From an uncultured Candidatus Saccharibacteria bacterium (lineage in GTDB: Bacteria; Patescibacteriota; Minisyncoccia; Phycocordibacterales; PALSA-1337), in the NCBI GenBank assembly GCA_964403205.1, contig CAYOER010000001.1, positions 14,037-78,036 of the forward strand: a DNA stretch of 64,000 nt, read 5' to 3'. Shown here piece by piece: positions 59,073-64,000 of this stretch; the stretch's first letter is position 1, and every line of letters begins with the position of its first letter. The translations under genes and the position numbers were made by a program. The notes beneath the pieces were generated by a model. That model saw only the letters and a list, made by a program, of their open reading frames with translations. It was not told where the DNA came from and searched no databases.

Positions 59073-59816
59073 ATGAAAAAAATAATATCAGTAATCGTTA
59101 TATTAGTAGTAGTGTTAATAATAATAGCTCTAGTAGGTAGCAATAAAGCTCCTGCAGTTTCAAAACAAGTAGAGAATGCAGAGGTAGTAGCAAGTTCTAC
59201 TTCTGTTGTAGTACCAAATGTGAATCTAGTAGATGGTTCATATAGTGTTAGTCCTAGCGATGCCAAGCTCACATGGACTGGAAAGAAAAAGATTTTAAAG
59301 AATTGGATAGATAAGGGTACAATAGCATTAAAGTCAGCAGAATTCGAAGTAAAGAACGGTGCTATAGTTTCCAATAGTTTCCTCATAGATATGACAAGTA
59401 TAAAGAATCTGACAAATGGTTCAAAGAAGAATCAGGATTTAATGGCAAAACATTTGAAATCAGCAGATTTCTTTGATGTAGAGAATTTTGCAACTTCTAC
59501 ATTCATAGCAAAGGAATTCACAGCTACGACTAGTGATACTTTCCTAGTAAAAGGTGATCTTACAATAAAAGGTATAACAAATGAAATCACAATACCAGCA
59601 AGTCTAAAGTATACAGACGGCAATATAATAGTAGTGAAAGGTAAGGCAGATATTGACAGAACATTGTGGGATATAAAGTATGGCTCAGATAATTTCTTCG
59701 ATAATCTTGGAGATAATGTTATAGAAAATATATTCACTCTAGAATTCGAATTACAATTGAAATTAAATACAGTTAAAGTTGAAGGAGTATCTACTAGTAC
59801 AGTAGAGAGTATCTAA
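59073..59816 (+). CDS. YceI-like polyisoprenoid-binding protein with an N-terminal membrane anchor
   Basis: A beta-barrel pattern with KLTWTGKK ... FFDVENFATSTF ... GDLTIKGITNEITIP, typical of the YceI family. Confidence 0.6.
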   Translation: MKKIISVIVILVVVLIIIALVGSNKAPAVSKQVENAEVVASSTSVVVPNVNLVDGSYSVSPSDAKLTWTGKKKILKNWIDKGTIALKSAEFEVKNGAIVSNSFLIDMTSIKNLTNGSKKNQDLMAKHLKSADFFDVENFATSTFIAKEFTATTSDTFLVKGDLTIKGITNEITIPASLKYTDGNIIVVKGKADIDRTLWDIKYGSDNFFDNLGDNVIENIFTLEFELQLKLNTVKVEGVSTSTVESI

Positions 59817-59858
59817 TACTAATAATAAAATAATACATAGTTATTTTATTAATTTATA

Positions 59859-60377
59859 TTAAATTCCTTTAAATAGCATACCAGCAAAATAAGCAATAGA
59901 TGATGCAAGGGCGCCGATAATAAGCGTCTCTATTGCTGTTATTATAGGATGTTTATGAGATATTTCTCCTCTGATGAATCCAATAGTAAGGAAAACTAGA
60001 GCTGTAACTATGATAGATATTGTAAAAGCATTTATAGATGTGATAAAAGCAGAAGCATAAACAAATGGAAGTAGAGGTATAGTACCAACAAAAATAAATG
60101 AAAGAAAAGTAATAATTGCAGTTTTCCATGGACCTTTTTTCATATCCCCAGATAATCCTAGAGCTTCATTTGTCTGTTGTGATAGGAAATTGGAAGATGC
60201 CATGGAGAAACCATCTGCAAAGACATTAGCAAATCCTAGAGCGAGTATGATAGCTGGTGCGAGTCCAGCACCAGATACAGCAGAAATAATAGCAAAGGTA
60301 GTAACAGTACCGTCTATAGAGCCGTAGATAAATTCTGCTAGATATTTACGGGAATTAGTGGTGGGAGGCATACACAT
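59859..60377 (-). CDS. VIT1/CCC1-family (PF01988) iron/manganese transporter, short form
   Basis: YLAEFIYGSIDGTVTTFAIISAVSGAG (compare Y-x-x-VYGANDGIVSTFALVAGVAGA) plus C-terminal TM helices. Confidence 0.6.
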   Translation of the reverse strand: MCMPPTTNSRKYLAEFIYGSIDGTVTTFAIISAVSGAGLAPAIILALGFANVFADGFSMASSNFLSQQTNEALGLSGDMKKGPWKTAIITFLSFIFVGTIPLLPFVYASAFITSINAFTISIIVTALVFLTIGFIRGEISHKHPIITAIETLIIGALASSIAYFAGMLFKGI

Positions 60378-60394
60378 ATTATAACATGAATGAT

Positions 60395-60964
60395 CTAATA
60401 CTTACGAATCACTCCTTTTACAACAGCAGCGATATTTAATTCGTATTCTGGATATATTGGTTTATACTTTTTATTTGCAGGCTCTAGAAAAATAGATTTA
60501 TCAGACTTTTTTCTCAAGAATTTCATTGTCCATCCCCCATCAACCTGAGCTATGACTATATCACCGTCTTTTGGATCCTTTGTCCTCTCTACAACAACAA
60601 GATCTCCCTCTCTAATTCCCTCTTCTATCATTGAATCTCCCCTTACCTCAAGTATGAAAGTTTTAGAAGCATCTCTTATAAGATAATCATCGAAACTCAT
60701 AGTATCTAGAAGTTCTTCCTCAGCCACTGTTGGTAGTCCAGCTTCTACCAATCCTAGAAATGGGGTCTCACTTCTTAATTTCTTTGGTATGAGTCTACCC
60801 TGAGAATCTTTTGATAATACATTCTCCGCAACCAGCTTGTTCACAAGCTTATATACCGCATTTTTTGATTTGAATCCGAGTAAATTCATAATCTCTTGAT
60901 AACTCGGCATTCTCCTCTTATCGGTATAGAAAGAAACAATTTTTTGCTTATAGTTATTATTCAT
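60395..60964 (-). CDS. lexA: LexA repressor (SOS regulator)
   Basis: An N-terminal winged helix (SYQEIMNLLGFKSKNAVYKLVNKLV), the Ala-Gly cleavage site (LVEAGLP), and the S24 Ser/Lys dyad (GDSMIEEGI ... WTMKFL). Confidence 0.85.
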   Translation of the reverse strand: MNNNYKQKIVSFYTDKRRMPSYQEIMNLLGFKSKNAVYKLVNKLVAENVLSKDSQGRLIPKKLRSETPFLGLVEAGLPTVAEEELLDTMSFDDYLIRDASKTFILEVRGDSMIEEGIREGDLVVVERTKDPKDGDIVIAQVDGGWTMKFLRKKSDKSIFLEPANKKYKPIYPEYELNIAAVVKGVIRKY

Positions 60965-60971
60965 TTGATAA

Positions 60972-61256
60972 TTAGAAAATAAATGTAGTTACGTATCGAC
61001 CAAGCATTCCGAAGAAGCTAAAGAGATTCTTATCCGATGTTTTCACTGGAGCTTTTGTAGCTAATACCGGAACAGGTTTCGGAGTCTTCACATATGAATA
61101 TTGCTTCATGGCTAGAGAATTGAGCTCTGATATTAGGAATTTATGTCGACGGGAAAGGTCTTTATATGAAATGCCTTTTATAATTCTCATATCAATAAGT
61201 GTATTGATATTTTTTATTTCCTTCATAATCTCTTTTTTTAAGGTGTATTTATTCAT
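60972..61256 (-). CDS. hypothetical small protein co-transcribed upstream of lexA (first gene of the SOS-box-controlled operon)
   Basis: A 94-aa ORF 8 nt upstream of lexA, with the SOS box about 60 nt upstream. Hydrophobic C-terminus. Confidence 0.45.
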   Translation of the reverse strand: MNKYTLKKEIMKEIKNINTLIDMRIIKGISYKDLSRRHKFLISELNSLAMKQYSYVKTPKPVPVLATKAPVKTSDKNLFSFFGMLGRYVTTFIF

Positions 61257-61316
61257 ATTTTTATTTTAATTAATTAATAATTTATTATTGATAATTTATT
61301 TATAGATACATTATAG

Positions 61317-61332
61317 GTGAACGACTGTTCAC
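61317..61332. promoter_or_regulatory. Cheo-type SOS box (LexA operator) GTGAAC-gact-GTTCAC
   Basis: A GAAC-N4-GTTC palindrome (61319-61330) upstream of the small-ORF/lexA operon. Confidence 0.6.
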
Positions 61333-61365
61333 CGTCAATAAAAAGTGGGGATAACTTAATAATAA

Positions 61366-61390
61366 TAGAAAAAGAGCCATAATGGCTCTC
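61366..61390 (-). terminator. rho-independent terminator for the small membrane protein gene
   Basis: The perfect palindrome agagccat-a-atggctct; on the - strand it is followed by a U-tract (the + strand A-run at 61366-61372). Confidence 0.6.
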
Positions 61391-61407
61391 TTGAGATGAA
61401 GGAATTG

Positions 61408-61749
61408 TCATGGTAGGCTATCCATCCATGTACTTTCCTTTGGATCTGGTCTACTCCATATAAGTATAAGTATGAGAATATAAATAAATCCCATAAAGAC
61501 TTGGACAGCTCCCATAAAGTATATACCAAGGCTGATAAGGATTAGTTCCTGCCAGAGACTGTTTGGCTCGAGTAAATATCTGACAGAGATATAGATGCTA
61601 GTAGGGGTCATGCAGATAATGAACCAGAGAAGTGTGGCCAATGGCCTACGATTATGAATCCAGGATAGGATATTACGTATAACAAGCCAGATACCGAGAG
61701 ATTTCACTTCTTCCACTTCCTCGACTTCACTTGCCTCTTGAGTTTTCAC
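61408..61749 (-). CDS. small hypothetical membrane protein (3 TM helices)
   Basis: A 113-aa ORF with three hydrophobic helices. Confidence 0.4.
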   Translation of the reverse strand: MKTQEASEVEEVEEVKSLGIWLVIRNILSWIHNRRPLATLLWFIICMTPTSIYISVRYLLEPNSLWQELILISLGIYFMGAVQVFMGFIYILILILIWSRPDPKESTWMDSLP

Positions 61750-62061
61750 TTGATTCCTTTTTGTTTGAGGTGCTGATTTATGATGATATTAGCACTATGA
61801 ATTTGTAGAGTCAATAATTATCTATTAATTGAAAAACCTATCTTTCCTTTTGGCTTATTTGGCCTCTCTATAAGTTGCTTAACTACTGCATGGATATTAG
61901 ATAATGGTAAATAACGACTACCACCATGTTTTGGTCTTGCAATTTGCAATATCAAAGTATCTAGATCATTTTTTGTGAGTTGAAATATAAAATCACTAAT
62001 AAATCAATATTGTGGATAACTTGCTACACTTTTCGGTTTCTATTCGGTTATAATATTACTA

Positions 62062-63633
62062 ATGTTAAATTTAACTAAGAAACAAAAAGTGGTCTTCGAT
62101 TTCATAAATAACTATATTTCAGAAAATGGTATATCTCCTACTATTGAAGAAATAAGAAGGCAGTTAAAATTAAAGGCAGTTTCCACTATTCATGAGCATA
62201 TAAAGACTCTTACAAAAAAAGGATACCTTTTAAAATCTGATAATTCAGCACGAGGTATACATAGCAAAGAAAGCTTAGACACAGTAGTAGAAATTCCGAT
62301 ATTAGGCAGAATATCTGCTGGTCAGCCTATAGAAGCTGTTGAGGAAATACAAGGTTATGCTTCATTGACAAATACAAATATTAAAAGTCCTCAAGGCTAT
62401 TATGCTTTACGTGTTATTGGAGATAGCATGATCGATGAAGGAATCTTTGATGGTGATCTTGTAATAATCAAGAAACAATCAGTTGCTGAAAATGGGCAAA
62501 CTGTAGTTGCTATAATTGATGAAAACGAAGCAACATTAAAGAAAATATATAGGGAAAATAGTGGATTCCGCTTACAACCAGCAAATCAAACCCTGCTTCC
62601 GCTTTTTAGAAAAGAAGTAGAGATACGTGGAGTTGTAGTACAAATAATAAGAAATATTAATAAGACTAGTAGTTTAGATACAGTAACTAAGAATGAATTA
62701 CATACTATTGATCTTTTTGCTGGAGTAGGTGGTATCAGGCTAGGATTTGAAAAAGCTGGATTTAAAACAGTCTTTGCTAATGATTTTGAAGCGAAATGTA
62801 AAGACACTTATGATATGAACTTTAAAGACTCTAAACTAGTAGTAGAAGATATAAGAAAAATAGGTATCGATGATCTTCCAGAATTTGATTTTCTATTGGG
62901 TGGATTTCCTTGTCAGGCTTTCTCTATTGCTGGATATAGAGAGGGTTTCAAGGACAGAAAAGATAGAGGGAATCTGTTTTTTGATGTGGCAAAGATAATA
63001 GAAGAGAGGAAACCTAAGGGTTTCTTATTGGAGAATGTAAAAAATCTCAGAAGTCATGATGGGGGTAGGACATTTGAAATAATAGAAAATACTCTAAAAA
63101 ATCTAGGTTATCATATAAAATCAAAAGTACTTAATAGCATGGAGTATGGGAATATACCCCAAAATAGAGAGCGTATTTATATTGTAGGATTCCGAGATAA
63201 AAATCATTATGATAATTTTAATTTTCCAGAGTCAATTAAATTAACAAAAAAGATTACTGATCTGCTAGAAGATGATGTACCAGAAAAATATTACTATAAT
63301 GGAAAGCCTCTATATAAAAAATTATATGGTGTTATTAAAGATGAAGGAAAAGTATATCAATGGAGAAGACAGTATGTTAGAGAAAATAAAAAAGGAGTAT
63401 GCCCAACTCTCACAGCTAATATGGGTACGGGTGGCCATAATATACCGATAATAAAAGATAAAAAAGGTATAAGAAAATTAACCCCCTTAGAGTGTGCAAG
63501 AATACAAGGGTTTCCTAATGATTTTAAATTACCAAATATTTCAGATTCAGCATTGTATAAACAATTTGGAAATTCTGTTAGTGTGCCCGTAATTGAAGCA
63601 ATAGCTAGGCAGATATTGAAAGCAATAAATTAA
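62062..63633 (+). CDS. in-frame fusion of a full LexA (HTH + Ala-Gly site + S24 peptidase) with a C5-cytosine DNA methyltransferase
   Basis: Residues 1-~200 align motif-for-motif with LexA: LTKKQKVVFDFINNYISENGISPTIEEI...EHIKTLTKKGYL; RISAGQPIEA (the A-G cleavage site); VIGDSMIDEGIFDGDLVII...ATLKKIY (Ser/Lys dyad); ...VVVQIIRNI (the LexA C-terminus). With no stop or Met, the frame continues into MTase motif I IDLFAGVGGIRLGF, motif IV GGFPCQAFSIAG, motif VI FLLENVKNL, and motif IX/X QFGNSVSVPV. Confidence 0.75.
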   Translation: MLNLTKKQKVVFDFINNYISENGISPTIEEIRRQLKLKAVSTIHEHIKTLTKKGYLLKSDNSARGIHSKESLDTVVEIPILGRISAGQPIEAVEEIQGYASLTNTNIKSPQGYYALRVIGDSMIDEGIFDGDLVIIKKQSVAENGQTVVAIIDENEATLKKIYRENSGFRLQPANQTLLPLFRKEVEIRGVVVQIIRNINKTSSLDTVTKNELHTIDLFAGVGGIRLGFEKAGFKTVFANDFEAKCKDTYDMNFKDSKLVVEDIRKIGIDDLPEFDFLLGGFPCQAFSIAGYREGFKDRKDRGNLFFDVAKIIEERKPKGFLLENVKNLRSHDGGRTFEIIENTLKNLGYHIKSKVLNSMEYGNIPQNRERIYIVGFRDKNHYDNFNFPESIKLTKKITDLLEDDVPEKYYYNGKPLYKKLYGVIKDEGKVYQWRRQYVRENKKGVCPTLTANMGTGGHNIPIIKDKKGIRKLTPLECARIQGFPNDFKLPNISDSALYKQFGNSVSVPVIEAIARQILKAIN

Positions 63634-64000
63634 AGCTTGCTTATTAATTTTTTCCAATCGTCATCTAAATTATGTAAATATTTTACAGATTTAACATATC
63701 TATACCCGTTACTAAATTTTTGACCAGGTATTGCTTTAACTTTTTCTAATTCTTCTGCATATGCAAAACCACAAATCCAAACTGGTATTTCCTCTAATTT
63801 ACCAATTTTTTTGAAATTTTTATTATCATCAATAAATTTTCTAACCTTTCCAAAAAAAGAATGGTCTCTTAATATTCTAAAAAGATGATCACTTGGTAAA
63901 CCCACTCGCGCAAATATATAAATATCACTCCTCCTTTCTTTTAGGTCTAATTCATTTGAACCCAATACAAGAAAAGCATTCTTCATTTTACTTGCTTTAA
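63630..64000 (-). CDS. hypothetical protein, convergent with the methyltransferase; probably 5'-truncated by the window edge
   Basis: The frame remains open to nt 64000 beyond the first Met (63986). No recognisable motif (not Vsr-like). Confidence 0.35.
   Translation of the reverse strand, partial: KASKMKNAFLVLGSNELDLKERRSDIYIFARVGLPSDHLFRILRDHSFFGKVRKFIDDNKNFKKIGKLEEIPVWICGFAYAEELEKVKAIPGQKFSNGYRYVKSVKYLHNLDDDWKKLISKL

Noticed and set aside
62640-62700. Reading the LexA-MTase as two adjacent genes
   Set aside because: There is no stop codon anywhere between the LexA C-terminus (IIRNI) and MTase motif I, and no Met or alternative start with an SD in the ~13-aa linker. The sequence as given encodes one polypeptide; a sequencing error cannot be excluded without reads.
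1-64000. tRNA, rRNA and CRISPR arrays
   Set aside because: Scanning intergenic regions found no T-loop-type GTTCRANYC motif embedded in cloverleaf-compatible context. No rRNA-like conserved blocks were seen. No regularly spaced direct repeats were seen. This was a by-eye search only; tRNAscan/Infernal/CRISPR finder would be definitive.

Overview
The window appears to come from a low-GC (about 30% G+C), gene-dense bacterial genome. The gene set looks CPR/Patescibacteria-like, though that is an inference. Supporting features are a DnaB helicase carrying an intein, a GAD-less AspRS, a type IV pilus module, no response regulator near an orphan histidine kinase, and many fused or minimal proteins. 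Conserved housekeeping genes called from motifs are rplU, rpmA, rplI, recR, dnaB, cysS, gltX, aspS, hisS, truB, typA, murG, ftsW, scpA, scpB, ctpA, lexA and rmuC. Other recognisable content: a type IV pilus module (pilB-pilC plus three tandem pilin-like genes, one of them a 52-aa ORF absent from the ORF track); a 7-kb surface-glycan gene cluster bracketed by a ~48-bp direct repeat; an IS1595-family element with a frameshifted transposase and 10-bp terminal inverted repeats; and a sensor kinase/ABC exporter neighbourhood. At least eight short islets of visibly higher G+C (about 45-55%) interrupt the AT-rich backbone. They carry mostly unknown genes, including an actinobacterial-type DUF397 protein, a cold-shock-domain protein, a J-domain cassette next to the IS, and an ABC exporter preceded by a leaderless 27-codon ORF. 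The most striking single object is an in-frame fusion of a complete LexA (DNA-binding domain, Ala-Gly cleavage site, Ser/Lys S24 protease) to a complete C5-cytosine DNA methyltransferase. It lies divergently ~1.1 kb from a canonical lexA operon that has a GAAC-N4-GTTC SOS box, and next to a degenerate HNH-like remnant. No tRNA, rRNA or CRISPR array was recognised by eye.
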